A stretch of 64,000 nucleotides of DNA from Podarcis bocagei. Taxonomy: Eukaryota. The notes under the pieces were generated by a model that saw only the letters and a list, made by a program, of their open reading frames with translations, was not told the DNA's origin and did no database searches. Of the stretch, positions 10,901 to 22,900 are shown one piece after another. The DNA is taken from the NCBI GenBank assembly GCA_964188305.1, contig OZ076897.1; one strand, written 5' to 3'. Numbering within the stretch: position 1 is the first letter of the stretch; each line of letters opens with the position of its first letter. A program made the translations under genes and the position numbers.

Positions 10901-13900
10901 TTCTGTGTACATATTCATGCATACATCATTTCATTTGTATGTCCCCTTTCCATAGTTAACACATTGCTCAAAGGTGGCTTACAATATGAAAAAAAATACC
11001 TCAATTGCAGTCATAGAAATCATAAAGAATGTTTAAAAAAATCAAAAAGTACCCAACCAGATTAAATAATTTCCACATAAATCATAATAAGATTTAAAAT
11101 AAAGATATAAAACAGCAACACCCCTCCAAAAAAAACCATTCCCTGAAATATACCTCAGCCAAAGAGTCTGCTCAGCAGCCTCAACTTTTGTAGCTGGAGT
11201 CAGTCAGGGCCCTGTTCACCCAAGCCAGGAGGAAAAAGGCCTGCAAGGCAGGGAGCAGGCCTTCCAGGACTCATAGCCAAGATGGTGTAGTAGCCATATG
11301 TGTGTGCTGGGGATCATGTGGGAAGAACAACTTCTTAGCATATATAGGCCATGGAGTGCTCTAAAGCAGGTATGAGAAACCTATGTTGCTGAAATGTAAC
11401 TCATACTATCTCTGATGTTTGGTAATGTTGGCCGAGGCACCTGAAGAGCCACAGTCCCCCACCCCCAGTTCTGAAGGTAGCTAGCACTTTGAATCTGGTT
11501 CCAGTGCTACTTTTTCAGTGGTGTTGCTGGTGTTATTCATGTCACGTATATACCACTTTATATTTTAAAGAAAACAATCTAAAGCTGTTTACAATACATT
11601 GAAACATCAAATAAACTGGGGGGGGGGGGTGAACCATGTACTCCTTGCAAAAAAGAGTGGGATTTAAATGCAATAAATAAGCTCTTCGGCTTACCTGCTT
11701 AAGAAAGCCCGGTGGAGATGTCAGTTGCCAACCTGCAATCGGACCTGCACCAGTTGCAAAATGCGCTTTGAGCATGGCTAATTTCAAACACTGCTTCAGA
11801 GATAAAACTAAACCACAATTTTGCCCTGAGCCTTTTAGGTGTCACAGGCCTACATGTTCCTTCCTCTCCGTTGTTCTCTCCCTAGTTTGTGACAACCAGG
11901 TGCTGCTTTGGGTTAAATATCAAAATATACATTTTGCTACCAACTGGGAACCTGCGGAGTATGGAGTGTGTGAGCTGAAGGCTCATTCGCCTAGTGCCGA
12001 ACCATGGTTTGGTGTTAACCTTTGAACCAACCCTATATGGCAGTCTCCCTCCCTTTTTAAAGTGAGGGCACTTTTAACGTTTTGTATTATGGTGTGGGGA
12101 TATTTCCTGTATAGAGGGGTGGAAAGAAATCTTTAACATGACCCAGTAGAAAGTGCAGAAAGTAATAGGTCAGATAAATTCCCATATTATTAAAAAAAAA
12201 ATCTTCTACCAAAGCCAACAATATGGAGGCATGTCCTCTATGCATCAAGAAAGTTCCCTCTTGGTTTGTATCTTTTCCCCTAGTGGCAACAAACATTGCT
12301 ACTAGCCCAAAGTCTTTACACAATGAAGAATTAGAAAGCTGTAGTTATTTTATTCATGGAAAAGGTTCTTACTTGCGGTTGTAGAATGGGATGAATCAGT
12401 ATAGTTTGGTTACCTTTCCTCCTTTTATTTCAGACACTTTTTGATAATCAGAATAATGCTTCAAAAAAGGAAGAACCTGAACACGTGAATAAGAATGATT
12501 CAAAGAAGATGTCTGTTGAGAGAGTTTATCAGAAAAAGACTCAGCTTGAGCATATTCTCCTCCGTCCTGATACATACATTGGTTCAGTGGAACCTGTAAC
12601 TCAGGTAATTTTTATTTTTCTCTTTATTTAAAGCAAGTATTTATACTGTAGCTGAAGGTTTCAAGCAATGTTTCTGTGTGGTTTCCCCCCCTATGTCAGT
12701 CCAAATGTATGGGAGGGATACAGAGAAAAAACAGTGCTGAGAATTAAAAATACATATGTTCTGTGAATATTTAAAGTAATAGCAGTAAATATTTATTTTA
12801 AAGTTCAGTAAAGTAAACTCTTGTTTTTGTGTTTTTGTGTGTAGCTGATGTGGGTGTTTGATGAAGATATAGGAATGAATTGTAGAGAGATTACCTATGT
12901 ACCTGGCTTATACAAGATCTTTGATGAAATTCTTGGTAAGTGTTTATAATTGTGATATTCTGCTATCCTAAGCATCCTAAGCATTTTCAAAGTGCTTACA
13001 ATGGAATAATTTAGGAGAATTTAGAACTGGTAAAAACATGTTAGTAATCAGCCACGATAAAGAGTAAAAATAGATTGTGGGATTGCATGCTCCCTTCTTT
13101 CAGGGTCATACGTTTACAAATTCCCTCCATTCAACCCCTGCTGCTCTTAACTATGACTTGGGCTTATACTAATTTTGAACTGATTAATGTTCAGTGTGTA
13201 TTTCCAGTCCAGAATTTGCAAAGATCCAAATGGTACATAAGGAGTGCAATCTGTTCACAGTTAACCATAGTAATTTTTGAGGAACTCAGCATTGTAAGGG
13301 ACCTCTAGGGTCATCTAGTATAACCTCTTGCTGATTCAAGAAACTCACCACTGCATAACACCGTACCATTGTCAAGGGTGGAGGGGAATGGGAAACCAGC
13401 AAACAATCCTACAGCTTATTCCCTGTCTCCTAATCATAATTATAATGGCCATGTACCATCACAACAACCTAAAATTCCTTTAATTTTATATGGAACACTA
13501 GAACTATGCATTGGTGAGGTTTTCAGTTTTACATTTTGTATGATCAAGGATTATGGCGGCATTGGGAACACCATAACTGAGGCTCACAAATAAATCAACA
13601 CAAGTTATTAGCTCATAAAGTATTTTACCAGCCTCCTATTCGCCCATGTTCAGGTTGATTGTCTGTGAACCTAAGAAGATAAAAATGCCAACTTTTGTAA
13701 AGATTCCTTACCCTGGTCATCTGAAGATAAATATTACTTGTCACAGGTGACTAGTGAGTGGATATTTACAAGCTTGCAATAATTTTACATCGGGAATCTA
13801 GCTCAATAGTAACTTCAGTGAAAGAACTACTGTACCATCACCAATACCATGTACAATTTTATTTATTTGTTGTCATTTCATATTAGCTATTGGCACATGC

Positions 13901-16900
13901 TTGCTAAAATATTCAAGCATACTAAAAAGCTGGGAAATTGTCATCCTGATCCTCACTCTGAATCATAATACTTGATTTTAGACCATTTTATTCATCTGAA
14001 AGCCTATATTATTCCCCACCACCATCTCTGTAGTATAACTAAAGAGGACTGAGATGTCTGACAACTTTTTCTGTTAAAATAAATTGTCTATAAAGTTTAC
14101 TGGCACAGAAGTATTCAATAACCAAAGTATGGCTGGTCCTTTAATCATGGTATTCCACACAATTTACTAAATTGCAAGTAGAGTTACCACATTTTATTAG
14201 CAGGCTCTTACATGTTTCATAGCTCTTTTGCAGAAACAGCAACAGCAAAAAATTAAAACAAAATGTATGTGTCACAATGGCATTCTTCACGTCATAATGC
14301 CACTAAGAACTGGATAAACTAACTAGAAGTGCGTCATAGTGTATTTTGTGACTAATATTTCTTAAGGTGAATTAACTGGTACATTTGAGTAGCCTTTTAC
14401 TGATTTACTCTTCTGCCTGGGAACATAATCCATGAATTCGGGAGTCACAGATTTCTCTTCTAGATTTGTGAGCTGCAACATTTCAGCTGCCAGGGATCAC
14501 ATCACATTGGGGAGACAGGCTTATCTTGAAAAACTGGTACTGGTATAATGTGTGAACTATCCATTGGTATTATGTTTGATATTGAAAAAGTAGAAAAACT
14601 AAAAGAGTAAAGTTGGGGCCGTTGACATCAGAATATAAGAGTGCAGTGATAAGTAACATACTAGAAAGGTCTGAATGAACTCAGTGGGCTGTTTCAGGAA
14701 GATCAAATGATGTGTTAAAGTTTCTCAGAGGTATAGCATGTGTTGCATGTGAATACAAAAATATTTAGCTAGTTGAAGTTGGTTGGATATTTAACTAGGT
14801 AAAGTTTTTTTACTGCCACTAAGAAATGTTTATTCATTTTTAGTAAATGCAGCAGACAATAAACAGAGGGATAAGAATATGACATGTATTAAAATAACAA
14901 TTGATCCGTAAGTAAACTTCTTTTTCTAATTTACCTGAGAAAAGGGCATTCATTTTTTTGTAGTTGACATGTCCAAGTAAAATTTGGCTTGCATTATTTA
15001 GAGTACTTAGAGCGAAGGAATGTGATATAAAACTGAGTACATTTTTAAGAGTTTACCGTATTTTTCGCCCTATAGGACGCACCGTCCCATAAGGTGCACC
15101 TAGTTTTTTTGGGGGGAAATAAAGGGGAAAAATAAAGCCCGAGCTTCCCCCGACCCCAGCCCCCAGAACAGGCAACTCTCCGCAAGCCATGGGAGCCCAG
15201 CGCCGGGCTCCTGTGCCTTGCGGAGAGCTGCGTCAAGCCTGGGCGCGCTGAGCTCAGCGCGCACAGGCTTCAGCGTGCAGGCAACTCTCCGCAAGCCGTG
15301 GGAGCCCAGCACCGGGCTCCCATGCCTTGCGGAGAGCTGCGCCAAGCCTGGGCGCGCTGAGCTCAGCGCGCGCAGGCTTCAGCGTGCAGGCAACTCTCCG
15401 CAAGCCGCGGGAGCCCGGTGTCTGGCTCCCGTGCCTTGCGGAGAGCTGCCCGAAGCCCCGGCGCGACTGCTCAGGGTGCCAGGGCTTCGGGATAAGAGGC
15501 AGCTCTGCGCAAGCCGGGGGAGTGCCCTCCCGCGGCTTGCGCATAACTACCCAAAGCCCCGGCACGACTGCTCAGCGCGCCGGGGCTTCGGGATAAGAGG
15601 CAGCTCTGCGCAAGCCTGGGGAGCCCTCCCGTGGCTTGCGCACAGCTACCCGAAGCCCCGGCGCGACTGCTCAGCGCACCGGGGCTTCGGGATAAGAGGC
15701 AGCTCTGCGCAAGCCGGGGGAGCCCTCCCATGGCTTGCGCACAGCTACCCGAAGCCTTGGCGCGACTGCTCAGCGCGCCAGGGCTTCGGGATAAGAGGCA
15801 GCTCTGCGCAAGCCGGGGGAGCCCGGGAGGAACTCCCGCAGGAAGCTTCCTGAAGCCTGGAGAGGGAGAGGGGTCAGTGCACACCGACCCCTCTCGCTCT
15901 CCAGCCTTCAGCGAAAGCCTGCATTCGCCCCATAGGACGCACACACATTTCCCCTTCATTTTTGGAGGGGGAAAAGTGTGTCTTATAGGGTGAAAAATAC
16001 GGTACTTCATTGAGTACTCAACATATACAGATTTTCATTAGTACGAACAGTTTTGTTTTTTCAAAGCAGAAAACATTCATGTGACACCAAAGGTGCATTT
16101 CCACTAGCAGAAAGCATTTTTTCATGGAAGGGGTCTTCACTTGGTGGAATAGCAATACATGATAAAGGTGACCCCAGTTCAGAACAGTTATTGTGTAAGA
16201 CTTTGCACAAGCTTATTCTCAGGACTGTTCATTGCTTGCTACAGTTTATAGCCTACAGCCTGTGCTTTCCTTATTCATTTTTATATAGTGTAAATCTTTA
16301 GACAACCCTGGTTACTTTGGCACTGCCCTTTCAGAATTTGTGGTTTAGACCAAATACATTGTTTCTTTCTGCTCATAGTTCTTTGTTTCCATCTTATAGT
16401 ACGTATATACAGTCAGACCTTGGAAGTCGAACGGAATCCGTTCCGGAAGTCTGTTCGACTTCCAAAACGTTCAAAAACCAAAGCGCAGGTGCTGTTGCTG
16501 CTGCTGCTTCTTTAAATTTGATCTTTATTGGTTTGTAATCGACACAGGCACACGGGAGGGGGGGCACAAACATAGCACATAACTCGCAACAAAAGAAAGA
16601 AAAAAAACAGTACAATGTGAAAACACAAACACATTTCAGCCATCGACTTCCAACCTCCTTGGTGTGGGTTCTTTGTTTCCTTGTTACCTGCCTCTATTTT
16701 TCAATAAACTTAACCTGTATTATATCTTATTTGTGTTTTTTATACCTTATGCAATTCCGAGAGTTATTCAAAGCATTCTAAAGTTTTAATATGGGGACAA
16801 TGTTCTTTTAAATATTGCCTCTAGATCTCCCATTCCTTTTTAAACTTTTGGGTCGTTCTATCCCTGCTCTTTTCCGTCATATTCACTAGTTCCATATATT

Positions 16901-19900
16901 CAAGTAGTTTAACTTGCCACTTGATGGAAATTTATCTCCTTTCCACCCCTTGGCAATCCAAAAACCAGAGCGCAGCTTCTGATTGGCTGCAGGAAGCTCC
17001 TGCAGCCAATCAGAAGCCCCATCAGACGTTTGGTTTCCAAAAGAATGTTCGAAAACCGGAACACTCACTTCCGGGTTTTGATCGTTCGAGAGCCGATTTG
17101 TTCAGGAGCCAAGGCATTCGAGATCGAAGGTACAACTGTAAAGTATTTTGAGGCTATAGTCAATGTGAAAACTGAGTAAGGTTGGGTTAAGGATGGCTTT
17201 GTATTTGTGAAATCCATGAGTTACACTGTTATATTTTGACTGAAATGTGCCCTGAAACCTGAGCTTTCTTTTTTCTTTTCTTTTTTAAAGTAAGATTATG
17301 GGGAAAATGTGTAGATACCTTTTCTGTGAAAAGAGATTGAGTACAGTGTGATCAGTACTCACTTTTCCTGGTACAGAGGAATTCTCCCTGTTGCTATTAG
17401 ACAGCAACAGTGTGTGTTTAAGTGTTTGCAAATTCAACATTGTGTGACAAAATATTTTTTGACAAAATATTTATTTACATCTCCAGTGAATCAAATATTA
17501 TAAGTATCTGGAATAATGGAAAAGGCATTCCAGTTGTGGAACACAAGGTAGAAAAGATGTATGTGCCTGCCTTAATCTTTGGACAGCTGTTAACTTCCAG
17601 CAATTATGATGATGATGAGAAAAAAGTTACAGGTAAACATTTTGTTTAGGACCTATTAGAGGAGTAATACTAATTTGTTGTCATCATTTTGTAATGATTG
17701 GTTTATTTTTGATAGAAGGGAAATACTTTGGTTGGCAATAAAGTATATGCAAGATTTAATTTGACATTCCTCTAGCTGACAGTTCCTAGTCCTTCATTAA
17801 TACATAATGTGTATACTTACTGGAATCCCTTGTGCACACTTAGTATCATTAGGAAATGTTTAGTAGGACAAGCAAAATTTTGGGATAAATTGTTTTCTAA
17901 ATGTTTTTCCCTTGTTTTTTCAGGTGGTCGTAATGGCTATGGTGCAAAACTTTGTAATATATTCAGTACAAAGTTTACAGTTGAAACTGCTTGCAAGGAG
18001 TACAAACACAGCTTTAAACAGGTATGCTGGTTTCCCTTTAATTCTTTGGACTTACCCTCTTTGGTTGAAAAAAATCCCCCTTTTAAAAGCTTTATATTGC
18101 ACAAAATATATCCATTTGTAATTCTTGTGAAAATACCAATTCGCTCAATAAGATGTTTGGTCCATTTGCATCTTAAGGATTTTTGTCTTGTTTGAAAAAG
18201 TTCTTAACATAGAACTATAGAAACGTGTGTGATTCTCCTTAATTGCCTTAACCCTAGTGGAGAACTAACAAAAACTACTATTGTGAAGAACCCTGTGTCG
18301 TCTTTTTCAGTACATTCAGTTTCTGGTCAGTGTGCGTGTAAATTGATTTATCTTCTCACAAGAAGGTGGTTGGCCTGGTTTAGGAAAATATTCTTCACTG
18401 CTGTTGTTCATAGCTGTCAACTTTTCCCTTTTCTTGTGAGGAATCCTATTCAGAATAAGGGAATTTCCCTTAAAAAAGGGACAGCTATTACCATATCTTT
18501 TGAGATAAAATAGAGCCTCATTTCTAGCCTTCTCAATATGGCATCTGCCATGTATTGTTTTTTCACCTAAAAGCTGCTGTTACAGATATGTTGCAGCATA
18601 GGATGAAGATGTTTAACTGAACTATCTATTTTGTAATTTATGAACTTCTATGTATTCACATTTGCGGGTGGCGCTTGCAGGTGGTGCTGTGGTGTAAACC
18701 ACTGACCCCTGGGCTTGCCGATCAGAAGGTCGGCGGGCGGTTCAAATCCCCACAACAGGGTGAGCTCCTGTTGTTTCGTCCCAGCTCCTGCCAACCTAGC
18801 AGTTCAAAAGCACGTCAAAGTGCAATAGGTACCACCCTGGCGGGAAGGTAAACGGCGTTTCCCTGCACTGCTCTGGTTTCTCCAGAAGCAGGTTAGTCAT
18901 GCTGGCCACATGACCCGGAAAAACTGTCTGCGGACAAACGTCGGCTCCCTCGGCCAGGAAAGCGAGATGAGCGCTGCAACCCCAGAGTCGTTCGCGACTG
19001 GACTTAACTGTCAGGGGTCCTTTACCTTTTTTATGTATTCACACTAGGAAATTTTCCAGGAAAATTTAAAAACAAAAATTGTTCGGAAATTATGATTGAC
19101 TTCCAGGTTAGCAAACTTTTAAAATAATTTTGTGATTTATTTAATTTTGGAGTCACTCCATAATCGTTCTGAATCAATAATGCAGTGGCCCACAGTCAAG
19201 TTATTTGATAGCAGTATCAGTTATGACATAGGAAATACTTACGTTATAGTTGCCATGTTGTTGCTTATAATCATGTTGGGGTGGTATTTATTTTATTTTT
19301 GAAGGACAAAGCTTAAGCTCTTTGTACTGCCCCTGAATACAGATTTAACTTACCTGCAAATTGCAATAATCAACATTCTTCTATGCACCTTTTTTGGTAG
19401 AATATAGAAAGATTGCTATTGACATGTACTCCCTCTCTCTTTCTCTCATTTTTAAACAAAGACTTGGATGAACAATATGATGAAGACTTCTGATGCCAAA
19501 ATAAAATATTTTGAAGGCGATGACTACACATGTGTCACATTCCAACCAGATCTTGCTAAATTTAAGATGGAAAAACTTGACAAAGATACTGTGGCCCTTA
19601 TGACAAGAAGAGCTTATGATTTGGCAGGAGCATGTAAAGGGGTCAAAGTTATGTTTAATGGAAAGAAACTACCTGTAAGAGGCTTAGTAAATTATTTCCA
19701 TAATTGTATTTGTGTGCTTTAAAACAGTAAGTAATTAATTTTGTAAAATCACAGGTGAATGGTTTTCGTAGTTACGTTGATCTTTACGTAAAAGACAAGT
19801 TGGATGAAACTGGAGTTGCTCTGAAAGTTATCCATGAACTTGCAAATGAACGCTGGGATGTATGTCTCACTTTAAGTGAGAAAGGATTTCAGCAAATTAG

Positions 19901-22900
19901 CTTTGTGAACAGTATTGCTACCACAAAGGTGAGTTGTTTTACATAATTTACAGTGGTTGAACTGGTAAAAGGGAAATGTGGCATTAAGCTACTCATGAAT
20001 GTCATGTTACTGTGTTTAAAATGTCCAACATTTAATTCCCAAGCACTATGTCAGTTCAATTTTTTAAAGAAGACATTCAGTTTAAATATTTTGCAATAAA
20101 TTTCCTTAGTAGACGAAAAAGGTGAGAGGCTGGCATAAGGCATGAATAGCTGCATCCATTGTCTATGAGATTAGGTTATTTTGAGTTTATTGCAACATTC
20201 ACACTTTTTAACAATGCCAGCCTTCCCTAACCTGATGCCTTCCAGGTGTTTTGGATGACTGTTCTTGTTATCCCATACCATTGGCTGAGGCTGATGGATA
20301 TTGAATTCAAAATGTCTGAAAGGCACCAAGTTTGGGAAGACAGAACTATGCCCATGGTATGTATTCCAGGTTTGGTAATTTGTAACATCCTGTGCTCTCA
20401 CATATCTTATGCCAGGCACCCCCAAACTCGGCCCTCCAGCTGTTTTGGGACTACAACTCCCATCATCTCTAGCTAACAGGACCAGTGGTCAGGGATGATG
20501 GGAATTGTAGTCCCAAAACAGCTGGAGGGCCGAGTTTGGGGGTGCCTGTCTTAAGCTCTCATATGCAGTTCATGGAATTGAAATATATATATATAGAGAG
20601 AGAGAGCGCGCGAATGAGAGAGAGAATGCTTGTGGTGTATGTGTACACATGCATCTTTACTAGTTTAGAGATGTTAGAATATGAAAGAGAGAGAGCAAAC
20701 ACTTCTGGGTATCTTATTTCTTTGTCCCTCCTGTGGAAACTACAGATAAATTAGTAATTAGTAATTCTAAAGTTTAATTCTCTCTCTTTACTGACTTCCT
20801 TTTATTTTTAATTTTAAGGGTGGTAGGCACGTTGATTATGTTGTAGATCAAATTGTTGGAAAATTGATAGAGGTGGTGAAGAAAAAGAACAAAGCTGGCG
20901 TTTCAGTGAAACCATTCCAGGCAAGTTGATCCACGCTTCAGAGAAAAATATTGGTCTGTCCTCGTTTCAGATAAAAAGGTTTATCATTTCAGCATCTTTG
21001 ATTCCTTTATTGTTTGTGTGTTTGCTTTTTGAACAGGTAAAGAACCACATATGGGTTTTTATTAATTGCCTCATTGAGAACCCGTCTTTTGATTCTCAAA
21101 CGAAAGAGAACATGACACTTCAGCCTAAAAGTTTTGGGTCCAAATGCCAGTTATCAGAGAAGTTTTTCAAAGCAGTAAGTATTGCATATTTATTTGATAT
21201 ATTTATGGGAAATGCAGTCCTCTTTGCATGAAGGAAGGGAACTATGACATTCAGATTTATATGGTTTTCAAGTATGACAGTGTTGACTGTTCAGAAATGA
21301 CTGTTAATGTGGCTGAATAGAAAGTAATGAATTACTAGAGTCTTCCTGGTTTTGCTTGTAAAATACCCTTTTTAATAAATAAAATATTAAGGTTATTTTA
21401 CACAAGATAAATTTTGACACTGCTTTTGTGAGGCAATGCATCATTCTTGGAGAGAAATGGATCCTGACACTTCAGTATATTTTTTCTTTTCAGTGTGAAC
21501 CTTTTTTTGTATTCCTAAGAATGACTGTGATTTTTTTTGATTTTTTAATTTTTTGTATTACAGGCCTCTAATTGTGGTATTGTAGAAAGCATCCTGAATT
21601 GGGTGAAATTCAAGGCACAAACACAGCTGAACAAAAAATGTTCATCAGTGAAACACAGCAAAATTAAGGGCATTCCAAAACTTGATGATGCTAATGACGC
21701 TGGTAAGAGCAAACTGTCTTCTAGCATAGTTACCTGTATAAAATATGCATTTTATTTTTTAATAAAAACACTAAATGACCAACACATATATTCGAAATTT
21801 TGAACAAATATATTTTCCCTTTGAGCAAATACATTTTCCTGATGCATTGTAAAAATGTCCCTATTTCAGCATTAATGTCTTCACACTGTGCACAATTATG
21901 TCAAAGCAAGCTTCTCTTTTCCTCTTTATATTGTTTGCCACTGAAAGATTAATTCTGGACAAAGGGTTTGAAACACTTTCTTATATAATTGTTGATTAAA
22001 AGAAGCAAATCATGTCAAATATGCATCTCTGCCTTTTCAGTCATCAGTTGCTTTTAAAAAATTGAGTTAACTGTGTGTTGCTTTCTTGCATATAGTCTTG
22101 GCTGAAGATTTCGTCAACTTAATTTCTCTCTCTCTCTCTCCCCCTCCCCCCCACTCCCAATTTGAAGGTGGCAAACATTCCTTGGATTGTACATTGATTT
22201 TAACTGAGGGAGACTCTGCCAAATCTTTAGCTGTCTCTGGCTTAGGTGTCATTGGAAGAGATAGATATGGCGTGTTTCCACTCAGGGGCAAAATTCTCAA
22301 CGTTCGAGAAGCATCTCACAAACAGGTAAGGAAACACCATTTAAGAAGGTGGCTAATGAGTGTATACATAATACACATATAACACACATATGTATGTCTC
22401 TGTGTAATAGATACATGCTAAACTGTTGCTTGCCTCCATTTCTACTTTCTACACAGATTATGGAAAATGCAGAAATTAACAACATCATAAAAATTGTAGG
22501 TCTACAATACAAGAAAAGTTATGAAGATCCAGAGTCTCTGAAAACATTAAGATATGGCAAAATAATGATCATGACTGATCAGGTCAGTGAAAGATTTAGA
22601 ATTCAAACAACCCATCCCACTTTGCCATGTTGCTTTGAAGATAATTCTGTTCTCCTTATCATCTCTGTATTACTTTTCATATCACTTGCCTGGCTGCCTC
22701 TCAGCCTTTATTTCACACCACCTTGGCAACACCCCCTCTTTGCTCCTTAGTGATTCAGACATTCATATTTGTTTAGCCCCCTTGAGTCCTGTCAGGGGGA
22801 ATGGTGGGGTATAAATGAGTTTAAAATAAAATAAAAATTAAAAATACTTCTGCCTTTGTTCAGCCTTGACATTTCATTTATTTTTTATATTTAGGATCAG

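Noticed and set aside
15171-15830. CRISPR-like or attC-like array of palindromic repeats
   Set aside because: Units repeat in full with no unique spacers, lie inside MITE TIRs in a vertebrate intron, and no cas or integrase gene is present.
15218-16010. Long overlapping ORFs (211 aa, 179 aa and others)
   Set aside because: Stop-codon scarcity in a GC-rich tandem repeat; open in many frames on both strands; no domain.
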